Virus record (IMG/VR): IMGVR_UViG_3300021254_000004
Coordinates: 1-41,685 of that record
DNA length: 41,685 nucleotides
Reading direction: 5' to 3' (one strand)
Source: a virus
This document shows, piece by piece, positions 22,632 to 32,860 of this stretch. A program made the position numbers and the translations under genes. Below the pieces are notes generated by a model that was not told where the DNA came from, did no database searches, and saw only the letters and a list, made by a program, of their open reading frames with translations. Within the stretch, counting starts at the first letter, position 1. Every line of letters starts with the position of its first letter.

Positions 22632-23038
22632 TGTCTAGTGAGTTTAAAGATAATTCGGCAGCAGTCAAGCATGAAATTGAATTGCAGGCTATTCGTGGCC
22701 TGATTCAAGCTTGTATGCTTGTTGAAGGTGACGCCGTTGGGTTGGCGCCGGTCGATACTGGGGCCTTGCGTGATAGCATTGACTACCGCGTTGACCGTGA
22801 CGAGTTGGTCGGCTACGTCGGCACTAATTGCGAGTATGCAGTCTGGATTGAATTTGGTACTGGTGAATTTGCCGAGAAAGGCAATGGTCGAAAAGGTGGC
22901 TGGGTCTATACAGCTGCTGACGGTAAAACGTATTTTACTTACGGCCAAAAGCCCGTTAAGTTCTTGCGCGGTGCTTTCCGTCAAAACAAGTCGCAAATTC
23001 GGGAGATTTTGGAAGATTGTCTTAGAAACTTAACTTAA
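22628..23038 (+). CDS. HK97 gp10-family tail component
   Basis: The hallmark motif PVDTGALRDSI is present. Confidence 0.8.
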   Translation: MMSSEFKDNSAAVKHEIELQAIRGLIQACMLVEGDAVGLAPVDTGALRDSIDYRVDRDELVGYVGTNCEYAVWIEFGTGEFAEKGNGRKGGWVYTAADGKTYFTYGQKPVKFLRGAFRQNKSQIREILEDCLRNLT

Positions 23039-23048
23039 AGAGGTCGAA

Positions 23049-23417
23049 ATGAACGAAGTTATTGCCGCTGTATTGGCCCAATGTCAAAATGTCATCGCTG
23101 AAAGTTATTTCAGAAAGAACACAAGCCAACAAATCACTTATCCTTATCTAGTTTTTAGCTATGATAGTGATAATCGTGACAAATACGCTGACGGTGCTTA
23201 TCTGGACGTAACTATTTTTGATAATCAAGGCAGCAATGACGAACGAATTGAGACCAAAACGGCAGAATTAAAACAAGCATTAAGAAATTACTCTGAAATG
23301 CTTGATAGTTGTTATATTAGAGCACGTTTTGAGGGCGGAAACATGACTGACACAGGTTCGGACATGCTACAACGTCGAGACGTGCGTTTTTATTTGGTTA
23401 TAGATTGGAGAAATTAA
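23049..23417 (+). CDS. tail completion/terminator-like protein
   Basis: Assigned by position only, between gp10-like and the tail tube. Confidence 0.45.
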   Translation: MNEVIAAVLAQCQNVIAESYFRKNTSQQITYPYLVFSYDSDNRDKYADGAYLDVTIFDNQGSNDERIETKTAELKQALRNYSEMLDSCYIRARFEGGNMTDTGSDMLQRRDVRFYLVIDWRN

Positions 23418-24028
23418 TGGCAAAACAAGCTGTACGTAAAACAGGTTATACCAAGAACACGCCTAAATCATACGTAGTAGACGCCGGCGCTGTTTACAAA
23501 GACCTTGAATGGAATGCAGAATCTAAAAAATGGGAAGGCGAGCTTTTAGGTGCTACTTCCGACGGTAACAAAGTTACTATCGAGAAAAACTATCGTGAGG
23601 TTGAAGTCGATGGCGTTAAAACTAAAGCCGTTGGTTTGAAGATTTTGGAATCTCAAAACGCAACACTTGAAACTAACGTCAAAGAGCTTACGGCCGGAAA
23701 TATCGCTTTGGCCCTAGGTGCTGAAGTGACAAGCGGTGACGGCGTGTCAGCGCCAGAAAACTACAAGATTATCACAAGTAAAGGCACAGTCGAAACTAGT
23801 GACTATCTTAAAAATATTGCCCTTGTAGGTACAATTTCAGGAACTAAAGACCCGATTATTATTGTATTGGATAACGCTCTTTGTACGTCTGGTCTTGAAA
23901 TGGAACTTAAAGATAACGATGAATCTGTAGTGGCGATGACATTTGAAGCGCACGCTGACGAAGACCAAGTAGAAGACTTGACACTCCCAGCTCGTATCTA
24001 CTACCCACAAGTTAGTCTTGAAGTTTAA
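23417..24028 (+). CDS. major tail (tube) protein
   Basis: Position upstream of the chaperone pair. SD GGAGA precedes ATG 23417. Confidence 0.65.
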   Translation: MAKQAVRKTGYTKNTPKSYVVDAGAVYKDLEWNAESKKWEGELLGATSDGNKVTIEKNYREVEVDGVKTKAVGLKILESQNATLETNVKELTAGNIALALGAEVTSGDGVSAPENYKIITSKGTVETSDYLKNIALVGTISGTKDPIIIVLDNALCTSGLEMELKDNDESVVAMTFEAHADEDQVEDLTLPARIYYPQVSLEV

Positions 24029-24053
24029 CATTATTTAGAGAGGATTTTGATTG

Positions 24054-24440
24054 ATGACTGAAAACGTAACTGAACTACCAAAAGAAACAGCTCAAATGCG
24101 CGAGCTTAAAGGTGACGATATCTTTACTATGCTTGGTATCCTTGGCAAACTTGACTGTCAAGATGAAATCATGGCTTTGGTTGACGGAGCCTTTAACAGC
24201 ACTGAAAAAGACCTTGAGAAACGAGGAACAAAAGTCGTTGCAGGCCTTGTCTTTGCGGTCATGAAAAATATCAATAAAGCAAAAGACGATATCAATGCTT
24301 TTCTTGCCGATTTAACTGGTAAGGAAGTTCGTGAAATCAATTCGCTTAGCATGATTGACTACACTAAATTATTAACCGCTTTCTTTAAAAAAGAGGAACT
24401 TAAAGATTTTTTCAAATCTATTGCGTCAGTGTTGAGCTAA
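24054..24440 (+). CDS. tail assembly chaperone (gpG-like)
   Basis: Position directly before the tape measure gene. It is acidic. Confidence 0.7.
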   Translation: MTENVTELPKETAQMRELKGDDIFTMLGILGKLDCQDEIMALVDGAFNSTEKDLEKRGTKVVAGLVFAVMKNINKAKDDINAFLADLTGKEVREINSLSMIDYTKLLTAFFKKEELKDFFKSIASVLS

Positions 24441-24751
24441 CAGAATTTAGGTTAAAAGATTTACTTTTTAAACGATACGCTAATCCAATGCTCGTCCTAG
24501 GGACTATGACCTTAGGGCAGACGTTGGATTTTTTAGTGTATTTGGTCAATGAAACTCAAAAAGAAGAGTTGAGAGATATCTGGTTGGCCAAAGATACCGA
24601 ATTAAGTTTAGGCGAGTTCATCAACAAGAATCTTCATTCTAAAGGGCGTACAGATAAGAAACAATCTGTAGAGAAAGATAAGCAGGCCATCGCAATGGCT
24701 GAATTTATCTTAAATAACGACAAGAAAGGAGATGTAGATGGAACTATTTAG
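24054..24751 (+). CDS. tail assembly chaperone G-T fusion made by a -1 frameshift at 24407-24413
   Basis: The -1 frame is open from 24404 to 24751. The slippery heptamer T_TTT_TTC lies in the zero frame at 24407-24413. Confidence 0.6.
24407..24413 (+). other. slippery heptanucleotide T TTT TTC for the -1 programmed frameshift
   Basis: Frame walk done by hand. The last -1-frame stop is at 24401-24403. Confidence 0.6.
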
Positions 24752-27700
24752 CTTATTCGGGAAAATTGGTATCAAGAACCAAGAAGCCAACAAGGCAATC
24801 GATGAAACGACCGGAAAAGCTGAAGGAGCTCATGGAAAACTAGGAAAAGTATTCGGTGGTATCGGAAAAGCTGCTGGTGTAGCTGGTAAAGCTATCGGCG
24901 TTGGCCTTGCTGCTGGTGTGGCAGCGTTAGGGACTTTAGGAGTTGCAGCAACAAAGAACTATGCTGAGTACGAACAGTTAACTGGTGGTGTTGAAACACT
25001 TTTCGGGACCGGTGGTAAAAGTCTTGAAGAATACGCTCAAAGCGTCGGAAAAAGTGTTGATGACGCAGCAGAACAATTCAACAAGTTGCAATCGGCGCAA
25101 GACGCTGTTATGAACCATTCTAAAAACTCTTTTAGAGAAACAGGTTTGTCAGCTAATGCTTACATGGAAACCATTACCAGCTTTAGTGCGTCATTGATTC
25201 AATCGCTTGGTGGAGATACTCAAAAAGCGGCTGAAGTCGGACATAAAGCGGTAGTTGACATGTCTGATAACGCCAATAAAATGGGTACTAATATTCAGGA
25301 TATTCAGAACGCATATCAAGGTTTTGCCAAGCAGAACTATACCATGTTGGATAACTTGAAGCTCGGTTTTGGTGGTACAAAAGAAGAAATGCAACGCTTA
25401 TTGACGGAAGCCGAAAAAATTAGTGGTATCCATTACAACATTGATTCATTCGCGGACGTTGTTGAAGCGATTCACGTCATGCAAGAATCAATGGGAATAG
25501 CCGGAACCACAGCGAAGGAAGCTGCGACAACTATCGAGGGTTCAATCAGCATGTTAAAAGCGTCTTGGACCGATTTCTTGACTGGTATGGCCGACTCTGA
25601 CCAAGACATTGGGCAATTGGTTAAAAACGTCGCAGATTCGCTCAAAACTGTATTTGATAATGTCATTCCTCGTATTCTACAAGCCTTGCCTCGTGTTATC
25701 GAAGGATTGTCACAGCTCTTTCAATTAGTAGCTGGTTATCTACCTGAAATCTTGCAAACATTGCTACCACCTTTAATTTCAGGAGCTACTGAATTGCTAG
25801 GAGCATTATTCAATGCTTTACCAGCAATTTTCAACACGCTATTCAATACGGTTCTTCCGCAAGTTTCGGACGCTTTTATCAAATTCCTAGACAAAGTCTT
25901 CTCGCAAGTTCCGCCTGAATTCTCAGGTCTTCAAAAAGCTTACGAGAATATCAAGACGACTATTTCAGAAGTTGCTAGCATGGTTGGAAACTTCTTTAGT
26001 GGTTTCTCTGGTGCTGACGGTAGCACAAATAAAGTCAACGGTCTAAAAGACGCCTTGAAAGGCGTTTCTGATTTCTTGGCAGACGCTACAGGCGGAGTTA
26101 AGGACTTTGTGACATGGTTTAAGCAAGGTGGCACGTCTGTAGATGTATTTAAATCTGCTATTGTTGGCGCTACAGGCGCTTGGACGGCTTACAAGGTTGT
26201 TACCGGTGTTATCAAAGGTATCGAAACAGCTAGAAACGTTGTTTTAGGTGTTTCAAACGGTTTGATGATTGCTCGTGCTGTTCGAACTGGTGCATTGACG
26301 GCGGCAGAAGGAGCTCACGCAGCCGCTACCGTTGCAGGTACTGGAGCGATGGCCGCATTTAACGCAGTCATGGCTATTAATCCATTCACAATCCTGATTG
26401 TAGCGATTGGCGCAGCAGTAGCAGGACTTGTTTGGTTCTTTAGTCAAACAGAGACCGGCAAAAAAATGTGGTCCGACTTTACTAAGTGGCTCGGTGAGAC
26501 ATGGCAGTCACTCGTAGACGGCGCAGGCCAAATTTGGCAAGGTTTAGTGGACTTCTTTAGCAATCTCTGGACGTCTATCAAAGACACTGCTTCAAGTGTG
26601 TGGGAAGGCGTTAAAGGAGCATTGTCTGACGCTTGGAATTCGATTGTAAGTGCAGCGCAAGGAGTCTGGAACGGTTTAGTAGCGTTCTTCAACGTTCTTT
26701 GGGGAAGTATTGCGATTATCTTCCAAGTCGCATGGTTGGCGATTTATACGCCTTTACGGACCGCTTGGGAAGTGTTCTGGGCGTTTACACAAGGATTCTG
26801 GCAAGGCCTAGCTTATTTCTTTTCTGACCTTTGGGAAGGAATTAAATCAGTAGCTACTACGGTCTGGAACGCTATCGTTTCAGGGATTACAGCTATCTGG
26901 AACGGAATTGTTTCGGTTGCTAGCGCCGTGTTCGCTCCTTTGGGTGCTTTCTTTAGCGCTCTTTGGAACGGGATTGTAACCGCTGCTCAAACTTACTGGA
27001 ACATTCTTGTTGCTTTCTATTCAACACTATGGAATGGGATTGTAACGCTTGCTACTACGGTCTTTGGTACTTTGAGCACATTCTTTAGTACAGTCTGGAA
27101 CGGAATCGTAACAGTAGCAACTACAGTCTGGACGGCTTTGAGTACTTTCTTCAGTAGTCTCTGGAGTGGTATCAGCTCAGTAGCTACAAGCGTTTGGAGT
27201 TCTATTTCTTCATTCTTGTCTGGAATCTGGAACGGAATTTCATCAACAGCTTCAAGCGTGTTTAATGGTGTCAAGAACACAGTATCAAACGCGTTCAATA
27301 GCATTAAAGGCGTAGCTTCATCTGTTTGGAATGGCGTTAAGAGCACAATCTCAAACGCAATCAACGGAGCTAGAGACGCAGTCAGAAACGCAATCGAAGC
27401 TATTAAAGGATTCTTTAACTTCAGTATTTCATGGCCACATATTCCAATGCCGCACTTTAGCATTTCACCAGCAGGGTGGAGCGTCGGAGACCTTTTGAAG
27501 GGTAAAATTCCGCATTTGGGCGTGCAGTTTTATAAAAAAGGTGGGATTATGACTAGCCCTACACTTTTTGGAATGAATGGCAATAACGCAATGGTAGGCG
27601 GAGAGGCTGGAGACGAAGCCGTCCTACCGCTTAACGATAAGACCTTGGCTGGAATCGGTAAAGGAATCGTTGACGCAACAGGTGGAGAATCTGAAAGCGT

Positions 27701-27860
27701 CGAAGTGCTTCATTTAATCCTTGGAGTACTTGAAGAAATTCTTGATAAAGACCTAGACGTCTACATCGATAGCGACACGCTTGTTAGCAAGACTTATCGC
27801 AAATACCAAGCTAAAATCGCAGCGTCTGACGCTCGTAATTTAAGATTGAGAGGGGGATAA
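24738..27860 (+). CDS. tape measure protein (1040 aa)
   Basis: Size, position, hydrophobic and Gly-rich segments, and periodic W/F repeats of the WNGIV type. Confidence 0.9.
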   Translation: MELFSLFGKIGIKNQEANKAIDETTGKAEGAHGKLGKVFGGIGKAAGVAGKAIGVGLAAGVAALGTLGVAATKNYAEYEQLTGGVETLFGTGGKSLEEYAQSVGKSVDDAAEQFNKLQSAQDAVMNHSKNSFRETGLSANAYMETITSFSASLIQSLGGDTQKAAEVGHKAVVDMSDNANKMGTNIQDIQNAYQGFAKQNYTMLDNLKLGFGGTKEEMQRLLTEAEKISGIHYNIDSFADVVEAIHVMQESMGIAGTTAKEAATTIEGSISMLKASWTDFLTGMADSDQDIGQLVKNVADSLKTVFDNVIPRILQALPRVIEGLSQLFQLVAGYLPEILQTLLPPLISGATELLGALFNALPAIFNTLFNTVLPQVSDAFIKFLDKVFSQVPPEFSGLQKAYENIKTTISEVASMVGNFFSGFSGADGSTNKVNGLKDALKGVSDFLADATGGVKDFVTWFKQGGTSVDVFKSAIVGATGAWTAYKVVTGVIKGIETARNVVLGVSNGLMIARAVRTGALTAAEGAHAAATVAGTGAMAAFNAVMAINPFTILIVAIGAAVAGLVWFFSQTETGKKMWSDFTKWLGETWQSLVDGAGQIWQGLVDFFSNLWTSIKDTASSVWEGVKGALSDAWNSIVSAAQGVWNGLVAFFNVLWGSIAIIFQVAWLAIYTPLRTAWEVFWAFTQGFWQGLAYFFSDLWEGIKSVATTVWNAIVSGITAIWNGIVSVASAVFAPLGAFFSALWNGIVTAAQTYWNILVAFYSTLWNGIVTLATTVFGTLSTFFSTVWNGIVTVATTVWTALSTFFSSLWSGISSVATSVWSSISSFLSGIWNGISSTASSVFNGVKNTVSNAFNSIKGVASSVWNGVKSTISNAINGARDAVRNAIEAIKGFFNFSISWPHIPMPHFSISPAGWSVGDLLKGKIPHLGVQFYKKGGIMTSPTLFGMNGNNAMVGGEAGDEAVLPLNDKTLAGIGKGIVDATGGESESVEVLHLILGVLEEILDKDLDVYIDSDTLVSKTYRKYQAKIAASDARNLRLRGG

Positions 27861-27884
27861 TGCTTGGAGAAAATTTTAAAAACT

Positions 27885-29336
27885 ATGTCCTACAACGGCG
27901 TAGACCTTGAGCCTTATCTCACGGTTTTAAAGGTCTATCGTCCGGGAACAGCTGACATCACAAACGAAACAAGGCAGGTCGCAACTCGTGGCCTGTCTTT
28001 TAAACGTCAGCGAAGAGGTGGCAAGACAATCAAAGTCGATATTTTTATCGCGGGAAATGTCTTGGAAACTATCGATATATTGAACGATATCTTTGCCGAA
28101 TATCCGGCTAAATTGGTCTTTAGCGACCAACCAGACCGCTACTATTTAGCGACACTTAGCAAGTTTCCTGAACCGTCAAGTTCGGTCAGAGAAGCGGAGT
28201 TAACACTGGAATTTGAGTCATTCGATGGAGTGGCTCACAGTGTTGCTTATAAGCGCTTTGATAATCCTACGGTTAAAGACGGTCTGCTTACTTTTAACAT
28301 CGAAAATAAAGGGAATGAGACCGCACTGCCGATTATCCGACTCAAATCTAATAGCGATAACGGCTATTATGGGTTAGTTAGCGATTCTGGCGCTATGGCT
28401 GTCGGAAATAAAGAAGAAGTTAATGGTAAAACTGTAGAAAAATCAGTAGATGACATTTGGTACAGAGGAGAGAAAATCTTTGACGGTTTTAATAACGGTA
28501 TCAAGAATCAAGCTATCTCAAACGTTGCCGAAAATTTAACTGGAACGCTCGGAACTGTTCGGTTTTACGATAGAGCACACATCTATTTGCAATCATTCTC
28601 ACAGCAAGGCGTTAACAGCTCTGGTAGTCTAACGTTTCCTACACCTGATTCCACTTTGTACGATTACATTTGGTGGCGTCAAATGTTTTGGAGTGGTCCT
28701 GAGAAGCTTGACAACCAACATGGCTTCATTAAGGTTATTGCAACCGACGAAGAAGGTACATTCTTATATGGCGCTGAAACCTTTAAGCGTGCTCGTGGAC
28801 TTGACTGCGAATACAATTTTTTGGGTGCTGACGGTCATGGCGGTTACAAAATTTTGGGAACCCGAAAATTTTGGGATACACAATACGAAAGTCAAAACCC
28901 ATTTAATCCTCAGGGCGGTTTCTCGGATATTTTGAGAAAAGACGACGTTGTCGATTTCTTCTATTGGGGCGGTCGTAATTCATACACGCTCCCAGCAATT
29001 AAAGGCAAAAAAACAGCTAATATACACCTGATTTTAGGTGGTTTCTCAGGTCATGCTTTGGTAACTCGCATGTATGTCAGCGATATATCATTTAGACGTG
29101 ATAGAGTCCCAGAATGGCAAGATATTCCGAATCGATACATGTCTGGAACCAACGTAGAAATCAATAGCGAAAGCCGTACTATTTTACTTGACGGGATTCA
29201 AAGCGCTAAAGAAATGGTTGATGGCGGAGACTTCTTAAAAATTCCACGAGGAAAAAGTAAAGTTATTATTTCAACATCTGACTGGTGTGAGAAAGAACCG
29301 ACAGCAAGTATTGAATTTGAGGAGAGGTGGAGCTAA
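27885..29336 (+). CDS. distal tail protein (Dit), long form
   Basis: It comes directly after the tape measure gene. The N-terminus MSYNGVDLEPYLTVLKV is typical of siphovirus tail-component proteins. The extra length suggests an inserted domain. Confidence 0.7.
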   Translation: MSYNGVDLEPYLTVLKVYRPGTADITNETRQVATRGLSFKRQRRGGKTIKVDIFIAGNVLETIDILNDIFAEYPAKLVFSDQPDRYYLATLSKFPEPSSSVREAELTLEFESFDGVAHSVAYKRFDNPTVKDGLLTFNIENKGNETALPIIRLKSNSDNGYYGLVSDSGAMAVGNKEEVNGKTVEKSVDDIWYRGEKIFDGFNNGIKNQAISNVAENLTGTLGTVRFYDRAHIYLQSFSQQGVNSSGSLTFPTPDSTLYDYIWWRQMFWSGPEKLDNQHGFIKVIATDEEGTFLYGAETFKRARGLDCEYNFLGADGHGGYKILGTRKFWDTQYESQNPFNPQGGFSDILRKDDVVDFFYWGGRNSYTLPAIKGKKTANIHLILGGFSGHALVTRMYVSDISFRRDRVPEWQDIPNRYMSGTNVEINSESRTILLDGIQSAKEMVDGGDFLKIPRGKSKVIISTSDWCEKEPTASIEFEERWS

Positions 29337-31690
29337 TGCTGTTAAGTATTTTAGACCATAACCTTGAACGTGTCGGTTTCTTGGATAACGACGACAATGC
29401 TAAAGGCCTTGAATTTTACAATGACATGTGGTCGCGGTACCTAGATACAGGTTCCGCGACTTTTGATTTTACAGTTGATAAAAAGAATCTGGGCTTAGAC
29501 ACAAATAACAGACGTATTTACGAAACGCTTAACGAGCGTTCGTTTGTTTCGTTTCGTCATAATGGTCAATCTTACCTGTTTAACATCATGAAAACAGTTG
29601 AGGACGAAGACGCTATCACTTGCTACTGCGAGAATCTAAATTTAGAGCTTTTGAACGAATACGCTAACCCATTTAAGGCTGATAAAGCTTACAGTTTCGA
29701 AGAATACCTTAAAAAGCTAGATTTGCTAGATTTTGCCGCATTGAAATTAGGTATCAACGAAGTTTCTGACCAAAAGAGAACTATTGAATGGACTGGCCAA
29801 GATACTAAGCTAAAACGCTTGATTTCGTTAGCAAATAACTTTGACGCTGAAATCGCATTCGAGACCTATTTGAATGATGATAGCTCGCTTAGAATCTTTC
29901 GTCTGAATGTCTTTAAAGAGCATGATGACACACATCAAGGCGTTGGGGCTAGACGTGATGACATCATATTGGATTATGACGAAAATATCGAAAAAATCAC
30001 TCGTACAGTTGATAAAACGACAATATTCAACGTGGTTCACCCAGTCGGCGGTGATAAGACAATCACTCGGAAAGTCACTAAAACTAGGACGGTTTACAAG
30101 ACTGTTACGGTGTCTGGTGGTGGCGCAGGGAATACAGAGAACGCTCTGAGAAACATTGAAAGTCGCAAAGGTCAACGCGTCGGAACTGGCCAATGTTATT
30201 CACTATCCGCCTTGTATTCCGCTTTGCTAGGTGGTCCCGGTCTTGGAGCTGGTGTCACTGGAATCAGTGGGCGAATCGGTGCAGGGATAGCCGCTTCGAA
30301 TATTGGTACGGATTATCGCTGGGGTGCTTTTGGTTGGGCTGTCGTTGGTAACGAGGTTTCGAATGCAAAAGCTGGCGCCATCGTCAATATTAGAGCTAAT
30401 TATGGTTCGCCTTTTTGGACGGGGCCTTACGGACATACAGCGATTATTAAATCGGTCAGCGGCTCTACTATCACGGTCTTGGAGCAAAACTACGCCGGTC
30501 GCATGTATGTAGTCGAAAATAGCTACAATCTAGGCGCTTATATGGCTGGTGTTCAGACGGTTTGTTTTCCGCCTGAGATTGCAGCAGGTAAGACCGTGGG
30601 CGGTCAAGCAGTCACTAAGCAAGTCCCTGTACAAGAAACGTATACAGAGGACGTTAAAGAGACCGTTAAGACAGTGATTCCGTCCGACAAATACAAAGAA
30701 TACAAGAACGACGCCGGTGAAGTCGAGTTTTATGTAAAGAACGGTAATATTTACGCGCCTATTTCAGCAAAGCTCTATCCGGCCGTTTTATCTGGTAAAG
30801 AAATCGGTGATAACTGGATTCGTAAAGACATATCGGTCGAAACAACTGACGAAACAGTTCTGGAAGCTACAGCTTTACGAACTATTCGAGCCGGCTGTTA
30901 TCCGGCAATCACTTACGACGTCAAAGGGGACGCCGATTTGGCGCCCGGGGATACGGTTAAAGTACATGATAGCCAATTCTTTCCGGTTTTACTTTTGGAA
31001 ATGAGGGCTTCAGAGGTTCACCGGAGCTTCTCAGACCCAGACCAAGGCCACATAGTATTTACCAACTTTAAAGTAATCGAGAATAAACTTCCTAGCGACT
31101 TGCTATCTCGTATGGAAGAAATGGCAGACGCCAAAGCACCTTACACAATCCGCTTATCGAGTGATAACGGTACGGCGTTTAAGAACAATGAGGGTGAGAC
31201 GCTTTTTAAAGCCGACCTTTACAAGGGCGAGAAACTTGTCGCCACTGACGTCTCATGGCGCTGGGCGCTTGACGGCGTGGTAACAGTCGGAATGCAGTAC
31301 TTAGTAAAAGCAAAAGACATAGACGAGACAGCGGTACTAACCGTCTCGGGCTACGTTGGGAACACAGAAGTAGCCACGACGGAAATCACGTTGGCAAACC
31401 TCGTTGAGCAGATTGAGCTCAAAGTCATGACGTCAAACGGGAACACGTTCAAAAACGGCAATATTGCTAGCACACTGACAGCCACGCTTTGGCGTGGAAA
31501 CAAGGAAATTGACAAAGACGGTACAGAGTTTAGTTACATCTGGACCAAAATGAATGACGATGAGACACCAGACGAGCATTGGAACAGAGACCATTCGTAC
31601 TCTCAGAAATCAATAAGAATCACGCAGGAAGACGTGTTCAGACGAGCCACATTTTCTTGCGAAATCGAGTATATAGGCAAACAAGTTTAA
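29336..31690 (+). CDS. tail-associated lysin (Tal, prophage tail endopeptidase type) with an internal CHAP domain
   Basis: The N-terminus is MLLSILDHNLERVGFLDND. The CHAP Cys (GQCYSLS) is at 30194-30196 and the His (YGHTAII) at 30434-30436. Ig-like repeats lie at the C-terminus. Confidence 0.8.
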   Translation: MLLSILDHNLERVGFLDNDDNAKGLEFYNDMWSRYLDTGSATFDFTVDKKNLGLDTNNRRIYETLNERSFVSFRHNGQSYLFNIMKTVEDEDAITCYCENLNLELLNEYANPFKADKAYSFEEYLKKLDLLDFAALKLGINEVSDQKRTIEWTGQDTKLKRLISLANNFDAEIAFETYLNDDSSLRIFRLNVFKEHDDTHQGVGARRDDIILDYDENIEKITRTVDKTTIFNVVHPVGGDKTITRKVTKTRTVYKTVTVSGGGAGNTENALRNIESRKGQRVGTGQCYSLSALYSALLGGPGLGAGVTGISGRIGAGIAASNIGTDYRWGAFGWAVVGNEVSNAKAGAIVNIRANYGSPFWTGPYGHTAIIKSVSGSTITVLEQNYAGRMYVVENSYNLGAYMAGVQTVCFPPEIAAGKTVGGQAVTKQVPVQETYTEDVKETVKTVIPSDKYKEYKNDAGEVEFYVKNGNIYAPISAKLYPAVLSGKEIGDNWIRKDISVETTDETVLEATALRTIRAGCYPAITYDVKGDADLAPGDTVKVHDSQFFPVLLLEMRASEVHRSFSDPDQGHIVFTNFKVIENKLPSDLLSRMEEMADAKAPYTIRLSSDNGTAFKNNEGETLFKADLYKGEKLVATDVSWRWALDGVVTVGMQYLVKAKDIDETAVLTVSGYVGNTEVATTEITLANLVEQIELKVMTSNGNTFKNGNIASTLTATLWRGNKEIDKDGTEFSYIWTKMNDDETPDEHWNRDHSYSQKSIRITQEDVFRRATFSCEIEYIGKQV

Positions 31691-31717
31691 GAAAAAGAAA
31701 AAAAGGAGAATTTAATC

Positions 31718-32842
31718 ATGGGAATTATCGCAGCAGGTCAAATCACAGTTGTAGACCTATCAGACGCACCCGTTTTAAATGCGTTTATTACAGCCAACAA
31801 ACCAACAACACAAGTCTACAGTCAAACATCAGGAACTTATAATCCGTCATACGCTTCTAGCGCTCAAACGTTGACACTTAACCTTACTAAAGCAGGTTCA
31901 ACAGCAAGCATTTTGGGCGGTATTAGTGGTCTTCGTTGGTACGTTGTTGACGGCTCTACCAAAACGGAAATCACATCAAAAACTAATACAGATAATCAGT
32001 ACGTTTCAGGTTCACACAACGAGAATTTAACTACTAAAGTCAATATCAATCCTGATAAAGGTTCTAAACGCTTTGAAGCAAGCGGAACTTGGAAAGACGA
32101 TACATCAGGTTTAGACGTACAATTTCATGCACAAATTGATTTGTTCGTAACATCAATCGGTAAAGAAGCTCAAATCCTAAACGTATACGCAGGAAACGGG
32201 AACACGTTCCGCAACAACTTGCCAGCAAGTCTTACAGTCAATGCAGACCTTTACCGAGGAAATGTACTAACAAACGATAACAAGCAATTTAAGTTCTTTT
32301 ATCAAGACACGACCGTGACAGCCACTACATCAGCAGGCTACGACTCTGACGGTGGTCTAGGTTGGCACCTATGCTCTAGCACTACTACAGGTCAAACACC
32401 TAACGTGGCACCAGGCACTAACACAACAGGTCAAGGCGTGCTTACAGTCACACCAGGAGTAGTTACTAATGCGCAAACATTCAAAGTTGTATGTACTAAC
32501 AAGACAGGTGGGCTTAATGACCAAAAAACTACAGGTCTATGTACTTTGGTCGATATGTCAGACCCAATCAGTCTACATCTAGAATCTAGCGCAGGAAACA
32601 TCTTTAAAAACGGACAAGGGTCAACGGTGATGAAAGCACGTCTTTTTCGCAACGGTGAAGAGCTTGACACAGACGGCTCAGACAAGACTAAAACTTACAA
32701 ATGGGCAAAATACAACAAGAATGGCGTTATGGACACTAATTTTGGCGGTTCGGGCAATGCTTATAAGACTGGTAAATCAATCACTGTTAACGCCAGCGAA
32801 ATCAGTGCTAAAGCCGATTTCAAGTGCGAAGTTTGGGAATAA
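31718..32842 (+). CDS. tail fibre/baseplate-associated structural protein with Ig-like repeats (374 aa)
   Basis: GNTFRNN...LYRGN and GNIFKNG...LFRNGEE repeats resemble those in the Tal C-terminus. Confidence 0.6.
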   Translation: MGIIAAGQITVVDLSDAPVLNAFITANKPTTQVYSQTSGTYNPSYASSAQTLTLNLTKAGSTASILGGISGLRWYVVDGSTKTEITSKTNTDNQYVSGSHNENLTTKVNINPDKGSKRFEASGTWKDDTSGLDVQFHAQIDLFVTSIGKEAQILNVYAGNGNTFRNNLPASLTVNADLYRGNVLTNDNKQFKFFYQDTTVTATTSAGYDSDGGLGWHLCSSTTTGQTPNVAPGTNTTGQGVLTVTPGVVTNAQTFKVVCTNKTGGLNDQKTTGLCTLVDMSDPISLHLESSAGNIFKNGQGSTVMKARLFRNGEELDTDGSDKTKTYKWAKYNKNGVMDTNFGGSGNAYKTGKSITVNASEISAKADFKCEVWE

Positions 32843-32860
32843 CAGAGAGGAGAATCAAAC

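Noticed and set aside
26440-27430. Tandem repeats as a CRISPR array or non-coding VNTR
   Set aside because: The repeats are imperfect, contiguous without spacers and in frame within the 1040-aa tape measure ORF, where they encode periodic W/F motifs.
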